From assembly GCA_030324005.1 (NCBI GenBank), contig JARDVH010000106.1:43893538-43957119 (forward strand): a stretch of DNA of 63,582 nt, written 5' to 3'. The notes beneath the pieces are model-generated. The model saw only the letters and a list, made by a program, of their open reading frames with translations. It was not told where the DNA came from and made no database searches. The DNA comes from Negaprion brevirostris. Its lineage: Eukaryota. Shown piece after piece: positions 1-12,360 of this stretch; within the stretch, counting starts at the first letter, position 1; every line of letters starts with the position of its first letter. The position numbers and the translations under genes are program-made.

Positions 1-340
1 GGGGGCATTTTGGGGTCCAACAGATAACTCATTGAGAGTGCCCTAATGCCCCAGTGCTGGCGATCCATGTTGGTGTGCAGCAGTAGCNNNNNNNNNNNNN
101 NNNNNNNNNNNNNNNNNNNNNNNNNNNNNNNNNNNNNNNNNNNNNNNNNNNNNNNNNNNNNNNNNNNNCTCTGAAGCCAGCTTCCCCAGCACACTTATGT
201 TCCGCGCCCCCACCAGCATAAAGCTCTCAGCTGTCTAAAAATGTCATTGTCAGAAGATTGCGGTGCCAAAAGATTGGCATGGACAACTCCCGTCTTCACA
301 CTATTATGACACTGAGAACTTTTTTGGGAAAATTGCACCC
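1..340. mobile_element. Right part of a non-autonomous PIF/Harbinger-type element (MITE)
   Basis: Ends in gggaaaattgcaccc, similar to the gggNNNNattttc termini of the other Harbinger derivatives in this window. The left end lies outside the window. Confidence 0.4.
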
Positions 341-354
341 ACTTTCAAATACCA

Positions 355-620
355 AGTTGAGGCAAAAGATCCCATGGCACTATTTTAACAAAGAGCAAAA
401 AGTTATAACTTGGGGCCCTGGCCAATATTCATCCCTCAATAAAGAGATTATTTAGTAATTGCCACATTGTTGTTGGTAGGAGTTTGCTAGTCATAAATTA
501 GCCACTGCATTTCCTATGCTGGAATGGTGACTACCATTCAAAAGTTGCCAGTGACTGTGGAAATGCATCAAGGTGTCTGGCAGTGCTGAAAAGTGATACA
601 CACAAGCCTTTCTTTTTCTT
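355..620 (+). mobile_element. DeuSINE (SacSINE1/AmnSINE1-like) Deu domain and 3' tail
   Basis: aaagatcccatggcactatttt...cctggccaatattcatccctcaa...cacattgttgttggtaggagtttgct...gtgactaccattcaaaag matches the recalled Deu-domain consensus. Confidence 0.75.
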
Positions 621-625
621 ACACC

Positions 626-800
626 AAATTCAAATCCAGGCCAGAATGATGGAATGCAATTCTCTTTTGTTTGCTGGCTGACACAAAAAGCCTGTAATTG
701 GAATTCAGTTCCAGCTTGGATATATCATAGGATGGGTCAATTTAGTCAAAGGATGATGCAATACTAATATAATGGCATCTAGCCATGCTGTATCGAACGT
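626..800 (+). mobile_element. Old tRNA-derived SINE fragment, LF-SINE-like
   Basis: B-box-like ttcaaatccaggccag followed by ...tgctggctg...cagttcc... loosely follows the LF-SINE layout. Very diverged. Confidence 0.3.
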
Positions 801-1482
801 GGGAATGTTTGCTGCCGACACTTGCCTTGATAAGTGCTAATTCCTACATGTTTGTACAATATTTTTCCCAAGGGATCACATGATCATGGCTCCAAAGCAC
901 ACTGACTTCAGACGTCAGACTGGAAATGGTCCAACTTGATATTTACTATAAAATCAAGAATACGTAGGTGTAAAAAGGGATGATTTGAAGCACATCTCAT
1001 TATAGATAATTGCTTTAGCACTCTAATACTTAGACATGACTCTTAATCATTTTGAAAAATTCTCCAAGCATTAGAATTATACTATAAATCAAATCAAGCA
1101 CAGCAATTACTTGAAATTTTAAAAAATGAAAGAAATATATTCCACTTAAATATTCCTTTCCTACATCTTCTTCAACCAAAATTTGTAATTCTAATGACAA
1201 AGATAATTTCTCTGTAGTACAGGGTTGGAATATTATCCTTTCCTCAGTATAATGCTTCTGTCAATCTTGGAAAATTTTGAGTCGACGTTAAATGGTGGAG
1301 ATCTCCCAAGATGCCCGACTAGCACAAAATTCAATACAGGTTCAACACACAGACCAAGGCCAAAATTCAATTCTTGGGGAGTGCTAGTCTAGCTGATTTA
1401 AGCTGAGGTGTGCAAATTCTGTAACTTTGGAAAAGAGAAACTGAAGAAAATCATTAATTGTTTCCTGCATCTACTTACTTAT

Positions 1483-2365
1483 TGTCATAAAAGAGCAGAG
1501 TAAGGGTTAATGTGGGATGAGAAAAACAGTATCATGCACTGTATGATGTAAAGAGTACTGTGATGGTAGACCGTCTGTGCAGTAATCTGGAAGGAGTTAG
1601 AATGGAGAGAGCACCCATGCAGCCACCTTGGATATGTTTATAGTTATGTGTTCCCAATGGATGGTTTATGTTCAACAATGCAAGCCTCCAGACTTTTCAG
1701 TGAGGCACCAAACTTCTTAGGTGTCCAGATCACCAACAGCCTTTCCTGGTTCCCCCCATGTCGACACTGTAGTTAAGAAAACCCACCAATGCCTCTACTT
1801 TCGCAGAAGACTGAGGAAATCTGGTATGTCAGCTATTACACTCACCAACTTTTACAGATGCATTATAGAAAGTATTCTTTCCGGTTGTATGACAGCTTGG
1901 TATGGCTCCTGCTCTGCCCAAGACCGCAAGGAACTACAAAAGGTCTTGAATGTAGCCCAATTCATCACACAAACCAACCTCTCATCCATTGACTCTGTCT
2001 ATACTTCCTGCTGCCTTGGCAAAACAGCCAGCATAATTTAGAACCCCATGCACTCCGGACATTCTCTCTTCAACCTTCTTCCTTCGGAAAAAAGATACAA
2101 AAGTCTGAGGTCACATACCAACTGACTTAAGAACAGCTCTTCCCTGCTGCTGTCAGACTTTTGAATGGACTTACCTAACATTAAGTTGATCTTTCTCTGC
2201 ACACTAGCTATGACTGTAAGATTACATTCTGCACCCTCTCATTTCCTTCTGGATGAACGGTATGCTTTGTCTGTATAGCGCGCAAGAAACAATCCTTTTC
2301 ACTGTATGTTAATACATGAGACAATAATAAACCAAATCAAATCAAATCAAAATAACTTTACAACA
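1483..2365 (+). repeat. 5' LTR, interrupted by a Rex1/Babar insertion
   Basis: Homologous to 6823-7085 on both sides of the LINE insertion (ggtttatgttcaac...tgaggcacca[LINE]aataactttacaaca). The left boundary is approximate. Confidence 0.75.
1713..2351 (+). mobile_element. Rex1/Babar LINE, 5'-truncated 3' end
   Basis: ORF 1721-2041 reads VKKTHQCLYFRRRLRKSGMS..TLTNFYRCIIESILSGCMTAWYGSCSAQDRKELQKV (Rex1 C-terminal, DUF1891-type region). It is followed by a 3' UTR ending aataataaa(ccaaa/tcaaa)n. Confidence 0.9.
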
Positions 2366-2745
2366 TAGTGGCAGTAAAGGACGGATCCCAAAATCCCAGA
2401 AGAGACTGGAGAAGGAATGCAGAATCAGAAAAAAAAATGATGAAGCCCGACCTTAGTGAAGTACGCCGAAAATAAAGCTACAGTTGGAGGTTGCCTAAAA
2501 AGAAACTCGTTTACAGACGGGAAGGCTGAAGTATTCCATCAGGGATTGTGAAGTTCCAGTGCCAGGCCTGATCAAATACAGAGTCAAAGGACCTAGCTAG
2601 ATCATGAACAGCTAAGCAAAATTTTTAAAAAGCAAAAATACAGAATGATCAACCGTGCAGATGAAAAGGAGAACCTGAGTGAACACAGAATCAAGAGACC
2701 TAACCAAGAAGGGTAAGCAGAATACAATAAAAGGGCTGTCATTAC

Positions 2746-2864
2746 TTTGATTTGATTTATTATTATCACATCTGTTAGTATACAGTGAAAAGTATTGTTT
2801 CTTGCATACTACACAGACAAAGCATGCCGTTCATAGAGAAGGAAATGAGACAGTGTGGAATGTA
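2746..2864 (-). mobile_element. Rex1/Babar 3' UTR fragment
   Basis: Reverse complement of 2225-2345, including the (tttga)n tail. Confidence 0.85.
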
Positions 2865-3629
2865 CCTATTAAAATAGGCAACAATCACGATCAGCACTCG
2901 CACTGCACAGCACAACTGTAAGAAAGCTGCAACAACTGGTCCTCGGCTGGCACTGGAACTTGTGAAGGCCAAGCTTGACTGAATAAAAAGAACATTTTTT
3001 CAATAGCAAGCAGAGCAAACAGATTCCTTCCATTTGATTTCCAGGCTTAAAACAAAAGAGGANNNNNNNNNNGGAAACTGGCCCAAGCCACTTGTTTTAA
3101 AGGTTTCCTGCAGAGAGAGTATATTTCAAAAATGATTCTGTCAGGGCCATGGGAGCCTTCTGAAACTCAGCAAGCCTGGGAAGAACAAATAGGAAAAAAA
3201 GGCAGCTGCAGTGCCATCTTGAAGATGAAAGAAAATTTAAAGAAGTACTCACCTGTTAAAAAAAAGCCATGAATTGCAAACTACAACTACCAAACCAATT
3301 TATGCTAAATGAAGGGCCAAATGAAACTCAAAATTGGCTCCATGGAAAAGAGATTTTTTTTTGAGTANNNNNNNNNNNNNNNNNNNNNNNNNNNNNNNNN
3401 NNNNNNNNNNNNNNNNNNNNNNNNNNNNNNNNNNNNNNNNNNNNNNNNNNNNNNNNNNNNNNNNNNNNNNNNNNNNNNNNNNNNNNNNNNNNNNNNNNNN
3501 NNNNNNNNNNNNNNNNNNNNNNNNNNNNNNNNNNNNNNNNNNNNNNNNNNNNNNNNNNNNNNNNNNNNNNNNNNNNNNNNNNNNNNNNNNNNNNNNNNNN
3601 NNNNNNNNNNNNNNNNNNNNNNNNNNNNN

Positions 3630-3802
3630 CTAATGTCCTTCAGGGAAGGAAATCTGCCATCCTTACCTGGTTTGGCCTACATGTGACTCTAGAGCCACAG
3701 CAATGTAATTGGCTCTCAACTGCCTTCCAAGGGCAATGAGGGATAGACAACAAATGCTGACCAGCCAGCGACACATGTGTCCCATGAATGAATAATAAAA
3801 AA
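3630..3802 (+). mobile_element. MetaSINE 3' part (head presumably in the N gap)
   Basis: Meta-domain-like ctaatgtccttcagggaaggaaatctgccatccttacctggtttggcctacatgtgactc, plus a LINE-type tail ending catgaatgaataataaaaa. Confidence 0.75.
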
Positions 3803-3979
3803 GTAATCCCAAGACAAGGTATAGATTAATTCTAAACAAATTTAAAACCTTAAAAAAAATCTCGGGCACTGCAATAAAACACTGAACAGGCAAGGCAACT
3901 CCAGGGCAAGGGAAATGGGAGACCGCAGAAAGAGGGAGACAATATGAAGCAACAACAAGATGGTCACAGATCACATCAA

Positions 3980-5664
3980 TGCAATGATTTTAAATGAGCC
4001 AAAGAGTTCAGTGAAGACAAAGAAGAGGCTGAGAAGTATTTGAATGATTAAAAAGAGTTTTTTGAAAATGCTGACACATTATTCAGTATGTCATTGTCCA
4101 CTACAAAAACAGATGGCAGTATGGAATGAGCAGCTGGCTGTTACTGAAGGAAGGTGATCCAGTATAACCCAAAGGAAACAATGCCCAGAGAAGGAAAATA
4201 AAATTGTTCCATAGGAAAATATTTTGATCAAAATTGAGTTGGAACATCACATACAAAAGTACAATCAAACACAGTAACAGGTAGAAACAGCACATGAATT
4301 GCTATCCTGAGAATCAATACATGGCCTGCAAAAACATGAGGAGTTAAAAGGTTGTTGAATTCTAACCAAAGGACTATCAGTAGTGACAAAGCAAAGCACT
4401 GAAATTCAGGGTGAGAAGGTGACAACTGAACAAGAAAATAAACGGTTGAAAGAACAACTGATTGTTCTTCAGATCAAATGAAAAAGGAGTACATTATCCT
4501 TCAGCAAATTGAAAACTATTTTGCCCTGCAGAATATAACAGCCACAGAAAAAAGTTGAGAAGACTTTATTGAATTAAAAGAAACTCATGACAAAGTAATT
4601 GAGCTTCTTAAAGAAAAACAAAACCTTCACATGCAACAAAGATCTTCTTCAGATCTTCAAAGTTTGTTCCACTGAAAAATCACAAAGTGAAGCAAAATGA
4701 ACTTAATATGGCTGAATGAACTGAAGAATCTGTTGGCAGAGAAGACTCAGCAATATCAATATTCTAAAAAAAGCCAAGAGGTACAAGAAAGAAACTGTAG
4801 AAAAACCTATCAGATTTTCCAAGCTGCAAGTAAATAATGAAGCCATGAGTAGCTCAATTACAGTAACAAGTAAATATTTTGCTGGAGACAGACCTTGTAA
4901 ACATTGGAACCAAAATTAAGGATAAGAATAAAACTTTGCTGCAGGTGGAGTAAGGGAAGACAGAAATAAGATCAGAAAATCTAAATCCGACTTTGAAGCT
5001 CAAGGAACTCAATAAAAAAGCACTAGATGCCTCAGAACCAATGAGTTGTTTAAAAACAAACTGGCTGAAATGAAAATCAAGCACTTAAAACATCAAGAAA
5101 ATGTTGAATGGTTGCTAATGAAAGTAAAAGTTCATACAAAGGAGCATGAAGCTTCTCAGAAACAGTTGAAGAAAGTAAAATTAAAGAATAAGCTTGTCGA
5201 ATAGCACACAGAAATTAAGTACTGCTCAGGGAAGAATATTCAGTGTACAGAACCAATGTTCATGGACGAAAGATGGGTTTGCTAATGAGAAAAATAGAAA
5301 AATAGAACTTGATGCACTTAAAGTATCAGGGGTATCAGTTAAGAATTGTGAAAAATGCCTGAAACCAAAAAAGGGATTACTGATGATAGGACATTAGAAC
5401 GCAGAATTAGCAAGCAAAACTGATGAAATTCTTCAACTTTGATCCAATCTGAAGAACATGAAAGATGTAATGAACAGTATGGAAGAGCAAACCCAGACTC
5501 TAAAAACAGGTAACGTGGAAACAAAGATAACTGAACTCACCAGAGTAATCGGTGATCTGAATGCAAGGATTCATAAACATGTAAGTACTATACTTGACAA
5601 TAATAAAGTAAACAAATCTTTGGGTGAAATTGTGAAACAAGTTGAAATGAATGTTCCATTTTGA
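3980..5664 (+). pseudogene. Decayed coiled-coil reading frame, UACA/RAI14 (ankycorbin)-family-like, inside the LTR element
   Basis: A-rich K/E/Q/L-rich frames with many stops and frameshifts. NQYMA/LQKHEELKG..KGLSVVTKQSTEIQGEKVTTEQENKRLKEQL../MKKEYIILQQIE, LNELKNLLAEKTQQY and VKLKNKLVE../IFSVQNQ occur in the same order as UACA motifs recalled from memory (NQYVPVKTHEEVK..KAEYISLAEHE; KELKDQLSEQTQKY; KEKLVEE..ILAVQNL). Confidence 0.55.
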
Positions 5665-6027
5665 ATTGTCTGTTTGGAAGAAGAACGTGGACCCTATGGA
5701 AAAGGAAAATCTAAGACAACTCTTGGAATGAACAGAGTGAACATTCCCTCTGGAAGTTAATGGGACAAACCTATAATGTCCAAACTGAGCAGACACATTG
5801 TTATTAGGAGGAAGACAACTTGAAGGACTGTGAAAGTGAATGAAATGAAGACCACAGAATGTCAGAAATACAAAGTGCAACAATTTCAAAATTCCAATCT
5901 TACAGAATTAAACAAAAGCATTTGGGACTACCATTCCTCCAAACATGACAGAATGATACCTAGAAGAATGATTAAGTCTCCGCACCACCTGAATTTAAAG
6001 TCAGAGACTTGAAGGTTGGGGTTGGAT

Positions 6028-6814
6028 GGGTGGGATTTTCTCCGATATTGGCAAAGGCTGATGTTGGGTGGTAAAAGGAGCATTGAAACTGCCATGGCAA
6101 TGCTGAATTTGTCCGTCATATAGTGTGGTATGTAGGAAAAACAGGTCCCACGACACATCACTAGCAGGGCGGCCTTTGATTCACCCATCTTGCCAGCAAT
6201 TCAGGCACTCAATGATTCGGAGCACTATTTTTAAAGGCCACCTCAGTGTACAGCTAGTGAACCAGTTCACCTAAGTGCACCCCTCTGGCACTAGCGTGGC
6301 NNNNNNNNNNNNNNNNNNNNNNNNNNNNNNNNNNNNNNNNNNNNNNNNNNNNNNNNNNNNNNNNNNNNNNNNNNNNNNNNNNNNNNNNNNNNNNNNNNNN
6401 TCTGGCACTAGCGTGGCACCATATAGCATTACACTGACATCAATAGTACACTCGCCAGGCATCAAGCAGGTACTATTCTGAAAATGACGCTCTCCCCCCT
6501 GAGCTCGCCTGGGAGTATCGCTTGCCGGGTGTATGCTTTCAGAGACCAGTTAGGCTTCACACCTTTCTGACAACACACCATCATGGATGGATTTTTTCAT
6601 GTGGTGTGATGATTCCAGTGTTTGGGACTTATTATTATTAATTATGAAGTTCCCAACATTCAACGTCAGGAAAACCGGCCATCACAGACGGGGGGAGAGG
6701 ACAATCACTTCCTGGGTTGATTTCACTGTGAAACACGATTTCTGCCCTCTTGCGATATTTTCCACTTCCACTGCTAAATCTGCTTGATGCAAGCAGGAGC
6801 AGAAAATCCCAACT
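6028..6814. mobile_element. Non-autonomous Harbinger-type element inserted between the PPT and the 3' LTR
   Basis: Terminal inverted repeats gggtgggattttctcc / gcagaaaatcccaac. Non-coding interior with ggcactagcgtggc repeats. Confidence 0.7.
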
Positions 6815-6822
6815 AAAAAGTA

Positions 6823-7085
6823 TGTTTTGGTTATGGCTAGCGTTTATGAACAGAGCAAGCGTTGATGCAAGACAGGGGAAACAATGTCACCTACCGTATG
6901 ATATGGAGAGTCAGATGATGGTAGATTGTGTGTGCAGTAAAGTCTGGAAGGATCAAGCATGGAGGCAGTATCCATGCAGGACTCTATCATTGATAAGTAT
7001 ATAGTTGTGGGCCACCTATACAAGGTTTATGTTCAACCATACAAGTTTCCACCTTCTTAGTGAGAAAACAAACAACTCTGCAACA
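6823..7085 (+). repeat. 3' LTR
   Basis: Aligns to 1483-1712 plus 2352-2365 and ends tctgcaaca. The start is approximate. Confidence 0.75.
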
Positions 7086-10000
7086 ATAGCCAGCAAAATT
7101 GTGTAGGTGTGTTCAAGGTGGGGAGCATGTTGAGCTGAGTCACAATGCTCATGCTATTTAATGATCATACTCACAATGTCCTGACTCATACATAATGAGT
7201 AAACATATTCACAAAGTACTGGAAGGCTCCCAAAGTGGAACCCAGCTGTCAGCATCTTTGGAAGACAAGGGCAGAAAGAAGGCGGAGGGGAAAAAAAAAC
7301 AGGTCTGTGCCAAGAAAGTGGTAAACAATTATTAGCTAAGATAAGTTAGCCGCAAACTAACATCTTGAAGCTCACATTTTTCTCATGGGATTTTGTGATA
7401 ATCTGGCACAAAGGTGCCTCAAGCTAAACCTTGTAGCATCCTGCAAGCTTACATTTTTGAGATGTTGTGCCATAGTTCTATGTGCTTGTCACAAGTTAAC
7501 ATGCCCAAGGGTTTGAAAATAATCATAAGGGTAGTAGGCCTGCTTATGGGTGACCTAGATAGAGTATGCACCTTAAATGATTTCCGACTATCAGTAACTG
7601 TTGTAACCCTGCGGTATGGTTCGTGCAGCACTGTCAATGGAGGGAAAAATCATTTCCCTTGTAGCCACTGTACTGTAGCAATCTTAAACTCAGGGGCAAA
7701 AGTGTCTAATCATATATCAAAATGCTAGCAAGGGTAATTCTGCATTTTGACAACCTACTGACACTCCAGTGATGTGAGACTTTGGATATTCTGACTACTA
7801 ATGCAAGTTCCAGAGCAACATGAAAAATTTACAGGCACTTAGCTCAGCCTTCTTTTTGGTTTTCATTCTGCTTTTCCTTCAGGAGCAAAACAGTTTTTGC
7901 ATTTATCGAGGCTGAATATTTGACTTGTATGATCCATTTCCATTAAAGCAAAATTATTTTTGGTTTCCTGGGTTTAGCCCATGCTTGTCTCATTTTCAAT
8001 TAACACTTCATTAGCCTCATTGTTTATAACTGTGATGTAATGATAATCTGCTGTGACAGATAAAATGTAAGAACACACCACTTTTTACAGCATGAATCAA
8101 GCTCTTTCTGGAATTTTGATTCAAAAGGCTAAAATGCAGCATTTCCTCCAACAAATGCAGTAACTGCCACAAAAGGTACAGGTTCAATTTTAGTACTAAC
8201 GTTTTAACTCAAGACTTTCTGAGCCACCATTCATCAGGATGTCTTGCTCACATTTGAGGTGGAAGCAGAATTTCTGATAACAGGTTGCCCAACACAATGT
8301 TCCCTAAATTATCAGAGGAAAATGTCAATGTAGCTCATTATGCCCTTTGCTGAAATGTGGTTGGAATGTATGATGACTTGTTCATGTTTGTGTGTGTGTG
8401 TGTGTGTGCATTTGTAAATACCTCACTATACCTTACCTGTCAATTTGGTTTAGTATGAATGCTGTATGTGAAGATAATGGGCACAGAATGACTTTCTGCT
8501 ATATGGCATGCAAAGAATTCCTGGCCTCAAGTTTCTGCTCAATGCCACTGTTTTATTTTGGCTCATCTGCTCAAATCACGTACCCAGTGCTGATAATCAA
8601 GGAATCATAAGTGCAATTTGCAACCCAAGTCCCCACAATCTATTGAGCTAGTTTTAAAAACATGGCCCTGGAAACTGGCCCTGTCCACATACTCGGGATG
8701 AACTGATCTCCTTTGCAAATCTTCATGAGAGCTTTAAAAATCAAACTGCTTCTTTTGGGTGCAAGAACAGTAGAAGGTGCATTTTGTAAGGTTGTGAATG
8801 TAATTTTTATTTTAATTCACTAAGAAAGTGACTACTGTACCTTGAAGTGACTGCAAAATTATTATATATATTGGCTAAAACTGAACTTTCAGTAATTTAA
8901 AATTGTTAATTGGGACCCTGAGTATTCCAATATTGACAATGAACTTCTTTTAAGCTGTTTTCATCCAACTTCAACAAATTACCACTTTTAGCTATATGAA
9001 GGATTTTTTTCTGAAAAGAAACAAAATTTTTAGAGAAGTATTACATAATGGTTCATGACTGATTTTGTACTTGGTGATATGCAACTGAGTGGAAACTCAG
9101 GCAAAATCTGGCACTATTTAACACTTTAGCGAAAGCATTTAAAGAATACACTTTACCCCAAGAATTTGACAACGTAATCATGAAACTGCCCCTTTCATGA
9201 CTTGATTTGGCACAAGCTGTCATGAAATAAGTCCTACCCGTTTGGATATTATGAATCTAAAAGAGTCAATTAAGGGAATAAAAACGTAGCAGTTGAACTG
9301 GACAATTAAAGTTCAAAAGAGAAAGTTTTCATGTCAGATTAAGCTATTAAATGGTAAATAAAATACTTTCTTTGTGTAGCTTAGTGGAATAGCAGCTGCA
9401 ATGTTCCATTCATACTACAGCAGGCACAGTTCAAGGCCCAGCAGTTAGCATGCTCAATACACTGAACTCATATTACTGCAGTTCTCTTTGTACTGGGTGG
9501 TGCATTTCACTAGGATAATGGCTGCTGAGATCCTGACAAAAATTAATTTATTTATGCCCTTTTTTCCTATTTAGCCAAGGTTTTTATTAAATAAATGCTC
9601 TAGTTGCTGGAATTGTTAAATGGAAATCTCAATTTTTTAAATAAACAAATCAGACGCAAATATATAAAAGTTCAAAAATTAATGTTGTCATATGATGAAG
9701 CCAAAATGTAAAATGCAGCCTTATACATTGATAAAAAGAACACGTATTGTGTGATAGGAAAACAGCAGATATTGGAAAAAACTGTATAGAGAGAGAAACA
9801 TTTACCATTTCTAGCTAACCTGTGCATTATGTGACCTCAGATACCGAGACGTTTTGAAATAGTAGAAGATAGACAAACGAATAAGCTCTTGTCTGATCCA
9901 AATTAAATCTAGATCAGAATGCACCCATTTGAAACTGCCAGTCTCAGGTTCAGTGGGAAAGCAACATCTTGGGTGAATATCAACTTTTCTTCTGGAAAAA

Positions 10001-11833
10001 ATAATGAACCCAATTAATCCAAGCCTCTGATTTGGCTCAACTGTCCTCAACTTGAATAATTCCGTAGGTCTCGACATTGGAGCCAAATTTGCTTTGATGC
10101 TTTGATGCAGTGGGCCAAATTTTACTTGAAAAATAGCATCAAATTCACACCACACACCATTATTATTGCACAAATTAGCCAGCAAGTTCATGAGTTACTT
10201 TATGTGAATTTGTTATTTGCCTCAATTGCACAAAATGGCATCTCACCCTTAACCTCCCTGTTATGTTTCAAAATTTAATGGATTCGTGCCATAATTACAT
10301 TTCTTTAAGGCACAGGCCAGAAACATTCCACCAAAGGAAAAAGACAGGATAACCAAAGCTAGAGATCCATGATTGAAAGGAGTGGATAAACAATATAATG
10401 ATACAAAAAAAGAGAATGCATGATGCATGTCAGGTGAATTATTCAAGCGGTAACCAGATCAATTGCGATAAGTTGAGAGGGGAAGTAAAGAGGATAGCAA
10501 GGCTAGCAAAGAGGGAATATAACGAGGGAACCTGAAAACCTTCTATAGGCATATACTAGTAATGGACAGTAAGAAGCAGAGAGGGACCTATTAGGGACAA
10601 AGAGGGTGATATGTAGTTAGATGTACAGGCTGATCTTTATGATTCTAATATTTAGTAAGTACTTCACATCTAGGTTTATTAAGGAAGAAGGTACTGAAGA
10701 AACTGTTTATGCTTAGAGTGCAGAAAACTATTGTGGTGTCTGGCCCTTTCAGGGATGATCTTCTGAAAGAGTCACATGACCTGGGCTGACCAAGCAGAAA
10801 CCAAGTTGGGGCTTCATTCCAACTTGTCTGGGAAAGTGCCATCAGTTAGATCCTACAGTCACGTTCGGAAGAATTGAATCGACATCACTCCATGATTAGC
10901 TGTTGTTTGTTCTTAACTGATGGAGACAAGTCACTACAATTACAAAAGAAAGTGGGAATGGATGGATGGAAAGGGTTCCATAAATCTTCCGTTGATATGG
11001 AAAAGATGCCAAAGGATTAGAAAATGGGAAACGTGAAACCCCTACTCAAGAAAAGTGTAAGGACATNNNNNNNNNNNNNNNNNNNNNNNNNNNNNNNNNN
11101 NNNNNNNNNNNNNNNNNNNNNNNNNNNNNNNNNNNNNNNNNNNNNNNNNNNNNNNNNNNNNNNNNNCCCCTACTCAAGAAAAGTGTAAGGACATTCCTAG
11201 CAATAATAGGCCAGTCAGTTTAATGCCAGCGGTGGGTAAGGTTTTAGAAGCAATATTCGGGGGGTGGGGGGGAAATGAACAGACAGTTGGAGAGGATTGA
11301 GTTAATTAAGGAGAGTCAATGTGGATTTGTAAACAGCAGATTCTGCTTGACTAATCTAACTGAATTTTCTTCTGAAGTAACAGAGAAAGTTGATGGGGAG
11401 ATACGGTAGATGTTGTTCAGATTTTAAAAAAGCGTTCAACAAAGTGCAATATGAAAAGCTGTTTAACAAAATTGAGGTTTACAGAACACAGAGATCAGTG
11501 TCAGCTCAGATTTGAGGCCATTTTCAGACCGAAAGATAGCAGGCAGGAATGTTTCCCAAGGGCCAGTGCTAGGACCACCAGTTTTTTAATAACTACAAAT
11601 AACTTGTACATTGGAATACAGTTTAAAATTTTGAAATTTGCTGATGATATGAAACGCAGCAAACAGCAAGCATAACACCAAATGTTAATAGCAACTGAAC
11701 ATAGGTAGACTAACACATTGGGCAAAAAACTGATGATGGAATTTATGATGTGGAGATGCTGGCATTAGACAGGAGTAAACACAGTAAGAAGTCTCGCAAC
11801 ACCAGATTAAAGTCCAACAGGTTTATCTGGTAG

Positions 11834-11868
11834 CACAAGCTTTTGGAGTGCAGCCCCTTCATCAGGTG
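11834..11868 (-). ncRNA. Degenerate minimal type I hammerhead ribozyme in the Penelope terminus
   Basis: Minus strand reads cac-CTGATGA-aggggctgcactcc-AAAA-gct-t-gtg. The GAAA core is mutated to AAAA. Confidence 0.6.
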
Positions 11869-12360
11869 AGTGGAGAATTGGGTTCACAAACTGGGCAGAT
11901 ATAGAGACAAACTTAATTACAAGATAATGGTTGGAATACAAGTCTTTACAAGTGCAGACAATGCGAGTGGAGAGAAAGTTAAGCACAGGTCAAAGAGGCG
12001 TGAGTTGTCTCAAGCCAGGACAGTTAGTGAGATTTTGCAAGCCCAGGCAAGTCTTGGGGGTTGCAGGTAGTGTCACATGAGCCCAAGATACCGATTTAGG
12101 CCGTACTCATGTCTGCAGAATGTGGCAACCATTTTCTGCTTGGTGGTTCTGCATTGTCATGTGTCTTGAAGGCCATCTTAGATAACGCTTACCCAAAGCT
12201 CAGAGACTGAATGCCCTTGACTGCTGAAGTGTTCCTTGACAGGAAGGGAACACTCCTGCCTGGTGATTGCTGAGCATTGTCCATTCATCTATTATCATAG
12301 CGTCTGCAAGGTCTCACCAATATACCATGCTTAGGACATCCTTTCCGACAGCATATCAAG

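Larger units (their letters stand above)
1483..7085 (+). mobile_element. Ancient two-LTR (Gypsy-like) non-autonomous retroelement with coiled-coil cargo
   Basis: 1496-1585 and 6851-6940 align ungapped at 63/90 identities by hand. Both repeats end in ...caaca (2365, 7085). PBS-like tagtggcagtaaaggacgg follows the first repeat. An integrase-tail-like peptide RRMIKSPHHLNL and a G/purine-rich tract precede the second. Confidence 0.8.

Noticed and set aside
6284-6417. tctggcactagcgtggc repeated across an N gap (CRISPR-like spacing)
   Set aside because: Only two units, separated by Ns, inside a eukaryotic MITE. It is an artefact or an internal minisatellite, not CRISPR.
7453-7630. Minus-strand exon-like segment with a good acceptor and gtaagc donor
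   Set aside because: The peptide is unrecognised and its phase does not join the other candidate exons without extra assumptions.
11041-11195. Direct repeat cctactcaagaaaagtgtaaggacat on both sides of an N gap
   Set aside because: Identical sequence flanking a gap is an unmerged contig overlap, not a biological duplication.
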